A DNA stretch of 64,000 nt from Octopus vulgaris (Eukaryota): positions 16,058,001 through 16,122,000 of the forward strand of contig OX597829.1 in the NCBI GenBank assembly GCA_951406725.2. Reading direction: 5' to 3'. Positions 24,603 through 38,344 of the stretch are shown piece after piece. The translations under genes were made by a program, and so were the position numbers. A model generated the notes under the pieces. The model worked only from the letters and a program-made list of their open reading frames with translations, was not told the DNA's origin and did not search any database. How positions within the stretch are numbered: position 1 is the first letter of the stretch; each line of letters starts with the position of its first letter.

Positions 24603-25017
24603 TGTTACATTCAATTTTGTCGAAAGGAAAACTAAAACTTCGACTATCTTCAGCAGCAATAAATAATACTTTATTTTGGTCTGGATTCGCAAATAAAATA
24701 CATACACATATATCTTCTTCAGGGCGAACCGGTAGCCAAGTCCATAAAACTATTCACAATAGCTAACTTGTGTGAGCCAAAATGCTGTCTCCGTTCCCAT
24801 GTAGAAGGGGGCTTCTCTACGTGTTGGGTTTCCCTTGAGAGAAGGTTAAATCGTGTCCACACGATAGGGCTTTTTGCTTGTTTTTTCTTTCTTTTAATAC
24901 CGATCTAGCGGGAAAACTTTCTGTTGGCAGTTCTCTGTGCATGCGCTTGAGGGAACTTCCGGCGGCCTACCGGAAGTAATCCAACTCTGCACATGTGTGC
25001 TGAAAACTTCTAAAACA
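24603..25017 (-). mobile_element. Probable solo LTR
   Basis: TGTT...AACA ends, CpG-richer than the flanks, promoter-like motifs near the minus-strand 5' end and AATAAA (TTTATT at about 24670) near its 3' end. No TSD found. Confidence 0.45.
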
Positions 25018-25678
25018 GTGTCACTATACAACTATCTCTTGTTAAGTGCACAGTCTGCTACAGGAAGTGATGGCAAGAAATGATGACAGTGAATCTCAAT
25101 GTATTTTCGAATTTAAACATTCTTTTACAAATCAAGATGAGTAATTTCAAGGAGACTTAGATGCTATTTCTCCCAGATTATGTACACACAAGTGTTTGTG
25201 TAAATATATTGTCAAAGCTACTATGAGAATTTCAATCCACAGTTATAGTCTTTAGTCTTTTCCATTTCGTTGCTTAATATTTTTCACAAATATTTTCACA
25301 TCCTGGCATTAGGAAGGGCATCCTGGCGTTAGGAAGGGCATCCAGCTGTAGAAACTCTGCCAGATCAAGATTGGAGCCTGGTGCAGCCATCTGGTTTGCC
25401 AGCCCTTAGTCAAAATCGTCCAACCCATGCTAGCATGGAAAGCGGACGTTAAACAATGATGATGATGGTGATGGTGATGGTGATGATGATGATTAGAAGA
25501 ATATAAAATGGCTAAGAAACTATAAATGCGAAACTTGGAAATCGAAAGTGTTTTGCTGCAATTATTATTGCTGTTGTTTAATCCCAGTTCCATTGTGATT
25601 GAGTAAAATATTGATCAGAGGCATTCCAACTGTGACCATCTGGCATTTTTTTCCTGTGTGATAAAAATCGCTGTCATA

Positions 25679-26192
25679 TCTATATATATAAAACTGTAGT
25701 TGTGTGAGTGTCTGTCCCCTTCAATTTAGATTCCTAACTCCTCCCACATTTTGCGGTGCAGTTTAACCAAATTCGGGTATCTTATAGTCGTGATTAATAT
25801 CGAGCCCGTCTGAGTATTAGCGCGCGTCTACGATGAGTCTACGATTTTAAAAATAATTTAACATCATTTTTTATTCCATTTTAATGCATAATTTTTCGTG
25901 TGTCGATGGCGGCAGAGTTGGCGTCCATGGTCACACCTGCACCTGTGTTGCTTCTCCCCCTTCTTCCCTCCCTCGTGAAGCTGTGGGGAAGGGAGTGTAA
26001 GGAAATCAACGTCGTAATGCGTTGTCAAGGAGACCAGCGTTCTTTTAGAACAACGACTTCATGGCTTGAAGACATCAAAACAGAAATGGCTAAGAAAGCC
26101 CAAATTGGCATCTATAAGGGAAGTAACTCTCTAAAAATACTTATATAGTTATTTCCCTTACAAACCCGAGCAACGCCGGGCGATACTGCTAG
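25679..26192 (+). mobile_element. Non-autonomous Helitron (514 bp)
   Basis: A|TCTATATATATAAAA start, CCCGAGCAACGCCGGG hairpin, CTAG|T end. Confidence 0.9.
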
Positions 26193-27318
26193 TTATATAT
26201 ACAAACGTTTGCTCTCTTCTAAAGCGATAACGTATGATTCGAAGAGAAATTAGTTTCTATGTTTTGCAATCGAATGACCCCAGGGTAAGTAGCTTGATAC
26301 AGTCTACAAGGGAAATAACTCTGTAACCATGATATATATATATATATATATGAGTGGAGCTGGCAGAAACGTTAGCATGCCGGGCGAAATGCGTAGCCGT
26401 ATTTCGTCTGCCGTTACGTTCTGAGTTCAAATTCCGCCGAGGTCGACTTTGCCTTTCATCCTTTCGGGGTCGATTAAATAAGTACCAGTTACGCCCCGGG
26501 GTCGATATAATCGACTTAATCCCTTTGTCTGTCCTTGTTTGTCCTCTGTGTTTAGCCCTTTGTGGGTAGTAAAGAAATAGTTATCTATGATCATTAAATT
26601 TGCTTAGCCAAGGTGAGTGCTAGGGTCAAACAACTGACCGAAGTCTTTCAACTCTGTTGTGTGTGTGTGTGTGTGTGTGTAGACGCAGACGTGACTGTGT
26701 GGTTAGAAGTTTGCTTCCCACCCACATGGTTCTGAGTGCAGTCCAATTGCATGTCACCTTGAGCAAGTGCCTTCTACTATAGCTTCAAGCCAACCAAAAC
26801 CTGTCCTATATACATGTGTGTGTGTGTGTGTGTTTGACCTCCACCACCACCGCTTGACAACCAGTACTGATGAGATTATATCCCCATAACTTAGTGGCTG
26901 GGTAAAAGTAATTGATAAATTGATAGAATAAGTTCCAGATTAAAAAAAAAAAAAAACTAAAGCACCGGGGTTAATTCTCTCAATTAAAAATTCTTCAAGG
27001 CAGTGCCTCATCATGGCCACAATCTAATGACTGAATACAAGAAACAAAAGATAAAAGATACGTGTACATAAGACTGTATTATGTTTGAACTTCATTGTAC
27101 AGATCACTTCAGATATTTTTTCTTCAAGTACATTGTTAATATTCATTATCAGTACCATCAGATTTTCCTGTCTATGTCTGTCTACCAGCCTGTCTCTCTG
27201 CCGACATATCTCTCTACTGACCTGTCTCTCTGCCGACCACTCTCTCTGCCTACATACATACATGTATGCATTTATGTATGCATGTTATTCTCCTCTTACA
27301 CACTTCTATAAACCTACC

Positions 27319-27467
27319 CAGGGCTGGCTCAAGGTACTGGTAACTCGGGCAGTCACCTGGCATGCCAAGGAGGATGTAACAAAGACAAGGAAATTTCCAA
27401 GACCGTCAGCTTGTACATGACAAAGTTTAGCTTGCCTAGGGTGCCAGCAACCCTAAGGCCAGCCCTG
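27319..27467. mobile_element. hAT MITE (149 bp) with a perfect 8-bp TSD
   Basis: CAGGGCTGGC...GCCAGCCCTG flanked by AACCTACC at 27311-27318 and 27468-27475. Confidence 0.92.
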
Positions 27468-29983
27468 AACCTACCCAATGACCCTTCCTGATCCTCAGTT
27501 CCTGTTTTCTCTTACACTCGCCTTCATGCATCTTGAATGTATGCTCCTCTGATAAGCATGGATATTTTCCTTCCCTTCACCATTTGAGCTTGATCGTTAC
27601 CAGCATCGCCTTACTGGCACCTGTGCCATTGGCATGTGTAAAAAGATTCGAGCGAGGTCATTGCTAGTACCGCCTGACTGGCCCCCATGCTGGTGGGACG
27701 TAAAAGCACCCACTACACTCTCAGAGTGGTTGGCGTTAGGAAGGGCATCCAGCTGTAGAAACTTTGCCAGATCAAGATTGGGGCCTGGTGCAGCCATCTG
27801 GTTCACCAGCCCTCAGTCAAACCGTCCAGTCCAGCCCATGCTAGCATGGAAAGTGGACGTTAAATGACGATGATGATGATGATGGTGGTGGTGGTGGTGG
27901 TGATGATGATGATGGTGATGGTGATGATGATGATGAAATGCAGAGCATCCGATAGTAGAATCCATGCCAAATTAGACACTGTATCCCCAACACAGAGTTC
28001 CAGCTCGTCAGATCTAATCGCACTATCCAATCTATATGCCAGCATTGAAAGTAGAGTTGTGTCATGGGTGAAGGCCACTTGCAATTAGACTACCTATGAA
28101 TTATCTAGGAAGTGACTGATACTAAAGTTTCAACACTTTTATGCAACATGAAATTTTATGCAACATGAAATTTAAACAGCAGTAGAAGTCATAGGAGCTG
28201 GATTAAAACCAAATGATGCTTTAATCACAACATCAATAACAAAGAGAAGGAATGTGACTTAGTAGTTAGGGTATTTGGTTCACAGTTATAGATTCTTAGC
28301 AGCACATTGTGACCTTAAGCAAGACACTTTATTTCACATTGCTCTAGTCCACTCAGCTGGCAAAAATGAGTAGGGTCCCATATTACAAATACATAATAAA
28401 AATATTAACAAACTCATTATAGGATTATAATTAGTAGCACCTGTATTTCAAAGGGCCAGCTTTGTCACATTCTGTGTCATGCTGAATCTCCCTGTGGATT
28501 ACATTATTAAGGGTACATATGTGGAGTGCTCAGCCATCTGCCCATTAATTTCATAAGTGGGTTGTTTCATTGTGATCAGATTAACTGGAAACCTCATTGC
28601 CATAACCAACACAGTGCCATTTTCAAAAAAAAAATAATAATGATGTCTTACTCAAGTCTTCAATTTTCTAATTGACAAAACATAATAAAGTGAGATGGGA
28701 ACTAAATTAAAAATTTGATTTTCTTCAAGGCGCAGGAGTGGCTGTGTGGTAAGTAGCTTGCTTACCAACCACATGGTTCTGGGTTCAGTATCTTTTTACT
28801 TACTGGTTCTGAAAAAGAGACAGCGTTCTAGGCTCACCAAGATCAAAGAGACTGATTCCAATTACTGTTTGGAGTTTGCGCAAAAAAAGCTGGCCTGTTT
28901 GGTGTCTCAAATTTAGGTTAAATCAGTGTTTCTGAAAGGGGAGGCCTATGGGACGGTTGAACAAGTTGTTTTGAGAAAATTTGGTTTAAATGTTTGACAA
29001 CTCAGTACCGTCCATTGGACGGGGGGGGGGGGACATTTTGCTCGTATACACATATTATAGAGTTTTGGCATTTTTTGCTGTTAATAACGAAGATGCAAGT
29101 AAGTCAGTTTGTGTTGAGGCTTCCTTTTGTGGAAACTCAGGGGATCATGTTTCTGTTTTTTACTACAACCAGCAAAAGTAAAAATATAAAACTCCTGGTT
29201 GCTACCAAGAGAAGCAGCAGCACTAAATTAATCTAACACAAACACTGTATGGTAAGAAGCTTGCTTCCCAACTTACATGGTTTCAGGTTCAATCCCGATG
29301 CATGGCAGCTCATGCAAGTGTCTTCTGCTGACCAGGCTGACCAAAAACCCTGTAAGCAGATTTGGCAGAGGGAAACTGTAAGAATCCATGTGTGTGTGTG
29401 TGTATGTGTGTGTGTGTGTGTATGTATGTCATTATTCAGTTTTATTTACTCTTTTAGTCTTTTACTTGTTTCAGTCATTTAACTGCAGCCATGCTGGAGC
29501 ACCGCCTTTAGTCAAGCAAATCGACCCTAGGACTTATTCTTTGTAAGCGTGGTATTTATTCTATCAGTCTCTTTTGCTGAACTGCTAAGTTACGGTGACG
29601 TAAACACACCAGCATCGGGTATCAAGTGATGTTGGGAGCACAAACACACACACACATATATACATATATACGACGGGCTTCTTTCAGTTTCCATCTACCA
29701 AATCCACTCACAAGGCTTAGGTCAGCCTGAGGCTATAGTAGAAGACACTTGCCCAAGGTGCCACGCAGTGTGACTGAACCCAGAACCATGTGATTGGTAA
29801 GCAAGCTACTTACCACACAGCCACTCCTGTGCCTATTATTTCATGACTTCTTGCCAATAGAGAAAGAACCAGAATTTTGACATCAACAAGGTACTTTTGC
29901 ATGTTTGCCTGTCTGTCTGTCTGTATGTGTGTGTACATATATATGTGTGTATGTGCATATGTAGTATGTATGTATGTATGTAT

Positions 29984-30428
29984 GAGGAAGTAAGGAGGGA
30001 TGTCAGGAAGGGCATCGCTGTTGCACTTCCAGATGGGAAGGGTCTTCCTATGATGCTGAAATGCAGTGTCTTGCACAAACACTGCCTCAGTAAAGCTGGA
30101 CTCAAGAGCCATCTTCGTAGTCATAAAGCGAGACAGATGATTGACAACCAGGCTGCTGGTTGTGATGCTACACACCATACTAATCATATCTGTCGGGCAT
30201 GTGGAAGGGAGTGTAATTTGGCAGGAGGACTTAAACGACATGCAACGGTACATGAAGCCCATTTACAACTACAGCTGGCTATTAACGGTAAAGGTTTTAG
30301 TTGCCAATTCTGTACAAGACATTATAGATCTTGAGCTGGGCTAAAAAGTTATGTTCAATCACAGCACTAATAACAGTTAAGCTTCGTGCAATGGCCATAC
30401 TTGATAACGAGGGGGCAGCCATAATAAT
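29984..30428 (+). mobile_element. Internally deleted RTE-like retroelement retaining three decayed C2H2 zinc fingers
   Basis: CSVLHKHCLSKAGLKSHLRSH, CRACGRECNLAGGLKRHATVH and CQFCTRHYRS*AGLKSYVQSQH. AGGAAGGGCATC block at the 5' end. Embedded in (TATG)n on both sides. Confidence 0.65.
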
Positions 30429-31101
30429 ATGTATGTATGTATGCATTTCTGTATGTATGTATGTGTTTGTGTGTATGTATGTATGTAAGCATGCATGTTT
30501 GAGCTTCCTGCTCTTAATATCATGGGATAATTGTAAATAAGTATCACCATTATAGAAGTAGTTTGTTTCGTTTCCGTTTCCAATCATCCATGGAGAATAC
30601 AGCCGGTCATGGGGAAAATATTACCCGTATTTGGAAACGAGTAAGGAGAGTAAAAGAGGAAGGGTCAATCAGCCATATAAAATCTGCTTCAGTGACCTCC
30701 GTCTGATCCATGCAAGCAAGGGAAAAGGTGGATGTTAAGACACTAACAATGGTGATGATGTCAACAACGGTGGTGATGATGATGAAGGATGATGATGATG
30801 TGGTGCTGATGATGATGATGATGGTGGTGGTGATGATGGTGGTAGTGGTGGTTGCAAAGATGACGACAATAATGACGATGATGATGGTGATGGTAAGGAT
30901 AATGATGATGATGATGATGACAGTGGTGGTAGTGAAGATAATGATGATGATGATTATTGTGATGACAATGACGACAATGATAATTATTGATATTGATGAT
31001 GATGATGATGATGACAACGTAGACAATGTCAACGACGATGGTAATGACAATGATGATGATGGTCTATGATGACGAAGATGGTGATGATACTGATGACAAT
31101 G

Positions 31102-31898
31102 GCAACATTTATGTCTGGTACATCTGGTATGTGCAACATATATTCTGGTACATCTGGTATGTGCAACATATATGTCTGGTACATCTGGTATGTGCAACAT
31201 ATATATCTGGTACATCTGGTATGTGCAACATATGTTTGGTACATCTGGTATGTGCAACATCTATGTCTGGTACATCTGGTATGTGCAACATATATGTTGG
31301 TACATCTGGTATGTGCAACATATATGTCTGGTATATCTGGTATGTGCAACATATATGTCTGGTACATCTGGTATGTGCAACATATATGTCTGGTATATCT
31401 GGTATGTGCAACATATATGTCTGGTACATCTGGTATGTGCAACATATATGTCTGGTATATCTGGTATATGCAACATATATGTCTGGTACATCTGGTATGT
31501 GCAACATATATGTCTGGTATATCTGGTATGTGCAACATCTATGTCTGGTACATCTGGTATGTGCAACATATGTCTGGTATATCTGGTATGTGCAACATAT
31601 ATGTCTGGTACATCTGGTATGTGCAACATATATGTCTGGTACATCTGGTATGTGCAACATATGTTTGGTACATCTGGTATGTGCAACATATATGTACATC
31701 TGGTATGTGCAACATATATGTCTGGTACATCTGGTATGTGCAACATATATGTCTGGTATATCTGGTATGTGCAACATATATGTCTGGTACATCTGGTATG
31801 TGCAACATATATGTCTGGTACATCTGGTATGTGCAACATATATGTCTGGTACATCTGGTATGTGCAACATATATGTCTGGTACATCTGGTATGTGCAA
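31102..31898. repeat. 31-bp minisatellite, about 26 copies
   Basis: Unit ATATGTCTGGTACATCTGGTATGTGCAACAT, head-to-tail, with C/T and short-indel variants. Confidence 0.97.
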
Positions 31899-32641
31899 AG
31901 AAACATAACAACAGCAACAACATGTGCACCAAGTGAATTAAATTGCTTTGCTTATTATAGGTGTACATGTTGTTGCACAAAGAAATTACAACAAGAATGC
32001 ATTATGCGTAAATGAATTAAAACAAGAAGGCATTATTATAGTGTTAAATCAACATTTTTTACTATAATATATGATACAATCTGCCATCTATAATAAACAT
32101 TATCACACATCTTTCCGTACTATCTGAAAAAAAAACAATTTTTTTTCCTCTACAATAAACCACTCTGGAATATGATTTAAAAAAAAAAATGTTAAAAAAA
32201 TGTCAGGTGGTGATTAACTCACACAGTTGCTCTTTTTGTTTTGGTTTTTTTTTTGTTGTTTTGTTTAGGCTTTAAAAAACAAACAAACAAATGAACAAAC
32301 ATACATAACAGAAAAAAAACATTTAAGAAAAAAAAAACATACTTGGAATGGGTTTAAAAAAATCTTTTACAAATTTGATACACAACTACGGAGATACATA
32401 CATATACATACATGCATATACATATACATGTATGTACGTATGCATGTATGTATATGCACATACACACATAACACATGCATGTATGTATGTATGTATGTGT
32501 ATGTACGCATAAATGCAGGAGTAAACCAAACTCTAAGATGAAGTCTTAGAGTTAACCTTTCTTTTGTTAACCTCTGTTCAAAAGAAGCGAAGAGTGAGTG
32601 TCACCTACTAAATAACAACCAATTCATGACCCTTGAACCTA

Positions 32642-32675
<34 letters not shown>

Positions 32676-32947
32676 CTGGTACTTTATCAAACCCTTTTTA
32701 AGATGAAAGGTCAAGATGACTCAGACAAAAAACTTGAAATGCAAATATCAAATAAGTGGTACTTTAGAACTGAGCCTCCTTTCAATCATTCATATATGTA
32801 TGTGTATATATATATATATGTACATGTATATATATATATATACATGTATATATATATGTATATGTGTATATATATATGTATGTATATATATATATATATA
32901 TATATATACATACTTCATACATACATATACATATGTGTGTATGTGTA

Positions 32948-32992
<45 letters not shown>

Positions 32993-33335
32993 TATATATA
33001 TATATATATACTATATATATACTATATATATATATATATATACTATATACTCATATAAAACATGCAGTAGCAGGTAAAACATTTTGGGACACCTGATTTT
33101 GTTTATTTTGTTTGTTTTTCTTTTGTATAATCATTTTTATTTCTTTTTCTTTTTTTTTGCATAAATTATTAAAATGTAAAATTATGTTAAAGCCAATGAA
33201 GAGCAACAAATTAAAAGTAATCTTTTGCTTTTTGTTTTTTTTAATTTTTGATTGCATATTATTTTTTTTCATCTCTTTATAAATATATTTTTGTAATGTG
33301 ATGTTTCTTTTCCTTTTTTACCTCCTCCTCCTCCC

Positions 33336-33394
<59 letters not shown>

Positions 33395-34249
33395 TAATAA
33401 TAAATAATTTAATATTTTGTTCTACATTAAGAAATAAAAATTGTTTCTCATGGTCTACAAAGTCAGCTATTTTTAGGAGAAGAATATTAGTAAATATAAT
33501 CAACCTCAGAAACTAACTGAAACACTATTTTATTCACCCCCAGAGGGATGAATCGCAAAATTAATCCCAGCACAATTTGGATAGAGAATGTAAAGAATTG
33601 GAAGAAATACCACAAGGCATTTTTTTTTTTGGCTGCTGTAAGAATTGTCTGATATGGTAACAACCACCATTGTTTATCTCTCATTCTATCTATATTTCTG
33701 TTTCTTTCTGTGATTCTCTTTAGAATATAATATTCATCATCATTTAATGTCTGTGTCCCATGCTAACATATACATATATACATATAAATGCATGTGTGTA
33801 GATGTATGCATGTATAATGTATATGTGTAGAGACAACACACAGGTGCACTTATTAATATTGATTGGTCTTTGTATAATTACAGACTTAATAAGGTAAACT
33901 TAATAAAATATCAGTAATGAAGTAAAAACATCCAAATTCTAAGAAGAAACTAACAATGGTCTCCACCAGCAGAAGTTTCTGTCTAAGAATTTTGTAGATT
34001 GTAAATAAATTTAAAAGAAAATAAAAATTTAAAGGGAGTAAATTTGCATAGTGGCGTTAAAAAATTCAATATCCTTTGTTTAAGCAACCCTTTACAGGGT
34101 TCTAAATAACAAATTTCACTTTTTTTTTCTCTCCAAAGAAAAGCATTCACTTTTTTTTTATTGTCTAATTTTTTATTTTTCCTAAAAATTTGGCCAAGCA
34201 ATAACAACAATAATAATAATTCTTTTATGCACTCATTTACACACATGCA

Positions 34250-34290
<41 letters not shown>

Positions 34291-34609
34291 TTCATATACA
34301 TATATGTATACATGTGTGTATTTGCGTGTGCATCTATAAAATGTAAAACAACATTTAACATTTAACAAGTGTGTTCGTTATTATTTCTAGGACAATAAAC
34401 CTCCTGTCAATCAAATTAAATTAATTGCATTCAATTTTACTATTTTATTACTTATAGTTTGAAAAAAAAATTCATGTATTTTCTCGCAATTCTAATTAAT
34501 TTCTTTTCTTCTTATTCAATGCCATTGAGGACAGGAAGAGTGAGAAAGTGAAATAGAGAGAGAGAGAGAGGGAAGTAAGTAGAGTGAGGAAAACAGAGAA
34601 AAACAGAGA

Positions 34610-34661
<52 letters not shown>

Positions 34662-34719
34662 AGGAAAGATTTTGCCTTTGTGTGTGTATGTGTATGATAT
34701 TTACTCATGCATATTTACA

Positions 34720-34783
<64 letters not shown>

Positions 34784-35843
34784 TACCAGTACTCAAACAT
34801 GCAGGCATATATTCCTAACATTCTACTATTATTACCATATTCTAAATGAAGTTGCATTGGATGCAATATCTGCAAATATCAGATTGGATGCAGAATCTAA
34901 AAAAGAAAAAAAAAGAAAAAAAAATATTAAAAAAAAAACAGAATTCTTTCCTCACAATCCTTTAAAAATATTCATAACAGACTTAACCAAACCTCTGCTG
35001 CAGGTGATATTTTAGAGATACATATCTTAAGAAAAATCTCTAAGACAGTATAATAAATATCAATGCATATTAGAAGTGGAACAGAGGTAGTAAAAAAAGA
35101 CAAGCTTGTCTCTTTGAATTCGCATAACAGAAACCAAAATGAATACAGAACAAATTATGGAAGAGAAGTCTGTAACATTTCCAGAAGGTTTAGGAACTGT
35201 TTTGTTAGATAGGCAGAATCATCTGTTATCTAGTACGCCCACACAAGCACACAGCCTACCTAACTCAGAGCAAGGCTTGATTCTGCAGACCTTTGGTCAA
35301 AGACATTCCAGTTGAAATGTTAATGGATTTAGGAATGTTATTGCTCCAAACTAAAAGGTGTAAATGAGGGAATATGGTAAATCCTTATAAACGAAAGGTT
35401 CAAACTTGAACATAAGACGTATCTATATTTATAAAGAAAACCTGTTGCCTATTTTGGGTTTCACACACACACACACACATTTATATATATATATATATAC
35501 TAATATATATGAATGTATGCACATACACAAGAAAAGATAACTGCAAAGGTATAGAGTTAGAGTGAGGAGGAAAAGTTGAAAGAGGAAGAGGAGAAACGGT
35601 AACGGAACCAAAACATTCTCTACAGATGATGGCAATACATCACCTGGGGAATATACATGCATATAGCTACACACAAACATGCATGTATATATATATATAT
35701 GAAGAGAGAGAGAGAGAGAGAGAGTTGGTAAAGCAAACAGAAACATAGAACTCAAAACATGAGTGTATATATATTTTTGTACTTCTTAATTAATCAGCAG
35801 ACATCACTTTGTAACTTCTGGTGATTTTATATATGTATAAAAG

Positions 35844-35890
<47 letters not shown>

Positions 35891-36256
35891 TATATTATAG
35901 TGTCTGATAGCCTGGTTTAAGAAACTAAAACAATAGAAAACCCCAGTATAAGATTGCATTTTTGTTTTATTTTGGGAAAATGTTTGCTCTTCAATATATA
36001 TTGTGAGTGTATGTGCATGTATGCATACATATATATATATATATATATATACATATATATATGTGTGTATATATATATATGTATGTGTGGATATATATAT
36101 ATATATACATACACATATAAATAAAACAGATGGTTCCAAGATATAAAAGTGTGTTTACCTGCTACTACATATATCATTGAGGAATAACATAAATAAATAT
36201 ATTATAAAATAATATATAAAATAAGCTATCACACACATGAATGATTTGGAATTTTC

Positions 36257-36309
<53 letters not shown>

Positions 36310-37519
36310 TATAAATAAATAAATTAATGAAAATGATGAGGTGATGACAATAATAATAATAATGATGGCAATGATGATGATGATGACGATAGCATGATTT
36401 TTAGTTAGAATAATCATAACAACGATGTAATGGTTACGATGGTGATTTCTTTTACTTAACCAGATGTGAAGTTGTGGGTTCGTGGTAGAGAAAGACAGAA
36501 TGTCTGTGTGTGTGTGTGTGTGAGGGATAAAGACAAAGGGAAAGAGAATATGTGTGTATGTGTGCGGGAGGAGAGTTTTTGATGTTCAAGTATTTCCCAA
36601 GAATTATTTAGCAACGTAATATTTGGTGTTTTTGACTGTAAATTGAAACCAGGTTCTTGACATGGTTTAACGAGAACATACCACCACCACCACCATCACC
36701 ACCACTACCACTACCACATTCACCACTAAATTATAGAAATTAATGTTGCTTACATTATTAAGTTTTTTCACCAAATAGATAGAAAATAACTTTAATTTAG
36801 GAAAAAATAGTTTAAATGAAGATGCAACACTGACACCTTTCACATGAAATTGTTTTTTTTATTCTCAATTCCTTTTTTACTATCTTAATTGAAAGTGCAA
36901 TGATTTTGAATGGCTATACATAGCATTGCTGTTGAGAAGTTTCCTTGCAACCACATGGTTCCAAGTTCAATCTCAATGCAAGGCATGTCTGGCAAGTGAG
37001 TGGGTTTGGTTGAAAGAAACTACAAAAACCTATCGTATATGAATGTTTGTGATTTGATATCACTCGATAGTTGCGAACAATCTTAGAAGAAGGCATAATA
37101 GTAATTAAATAACAGCAATTAAAATAAATCATTGTGTTTAACTGTTCAGTATTTAGATGACACTGTCAAATGTAAATGCTTGCTTATTCACATTGTTTTG
37201 AATTAATTATGTATTATGTCATAGCTTTGAGATTTTGATGATGTGACTTTATTTTTAGAGCGATATTGTAAGGTATGTGTGAAAGGATGAATCTGGCCAG
37301 TTTGAATATAAAACTAGTAGAATATTTGAACTTGATATGGCCAATTTAAATGCTTAAGGGTTAATTTTTCACACTCATTTCATCAAAAGTAAAGTTGAGA
37401 TCTAAGCAAGATATGGACATAGAATATAAAGGAGCATAGTTCACTAAATGAAGCAACACTATGTTCTCTTTCTCTCTCTCTTTCAATTCTAATAATTTAT
37501 CATACTTAGTTCATAATAA

Positions 37520-38300
37520 CAACTGTTTCTAATTTAAAGACAAGGCAACCAATCTTGAGGGGTTAAGGTTAGTCAATATAATCAACCCCAGTATATGACT
37601 GGTGCTTTATTTTTATCAGCTCCAGATGGATGAAAGCCAAAGTTCACTTGGTGGGATTTGAACTCAGAGCATAATGGGAAATGCCTCAATGCTTACATTT
37701 TGTCTGATGCTCAAATAGTTCTACCAGCTCACCATCTTATATAATAATTATGGCTACAAATTTTGACACAAGGTCAGCAATTTGAGGGGAGGGGTTTAAG
37801 TCAATTACATCAACCCCAGTGGTTGACTGGTACTATTTTACTAACCCTGAAAGGATTAAAGGTAAAGACAAACTTGGTGGGATATGAAATCAGAATGTAA
37901 ACAAGGATGGAATGCCGCCAAGCATTCTGCTCGGTGTGTTAACAATACTGCCAGCTTACCATCCTCTATTACAATAATAATAATGATAATAACAGTAATA
38001 ATAGTGGTAGTAGTGGTGGTATTGGTTATAAGAGTGGTGGTTGTAATAGGAGTATAGTAGTAGCAGCAGCAACAGCAGCAGCTAATGGAGATCATTTTGA
38101 TTAACTCACCTGCATGGAGGTAGGTTCGTTGGGGTGGGAAGGTTGTCTTGGTGAAGTGAATGAATTTGTAGAATTTGCTATGTTTGCTAAACGTGTCAGT
38201 GGAGAAGAAAGAAGAGGAAGAAAAGAGAGAAGAGGAAGAAAAGAAGAAGGAGAATGATAGTAATAATAATAACAATAATAATAATAATAATAATAATAAC

Positions 38301-38344
<44 letters not shown>

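Noticed and set aside
29897-30334. Host C2H2 zinc-finger gene
   Set aside because: No TGEKP linkers, two of three fingers are broken, there is an in-frame stop, and it has retroelement-like ends within (TATG)n.
31102-31898. CRISPR-like array or repeat-protein gene (several 200-330 aa ORFs)
   Set aside because: Units are head-to-tail with no unique spacers, there are no cas genes, and the context is eukaryotic. The ORFs are open on both strands only because the unit lacks stop codons.
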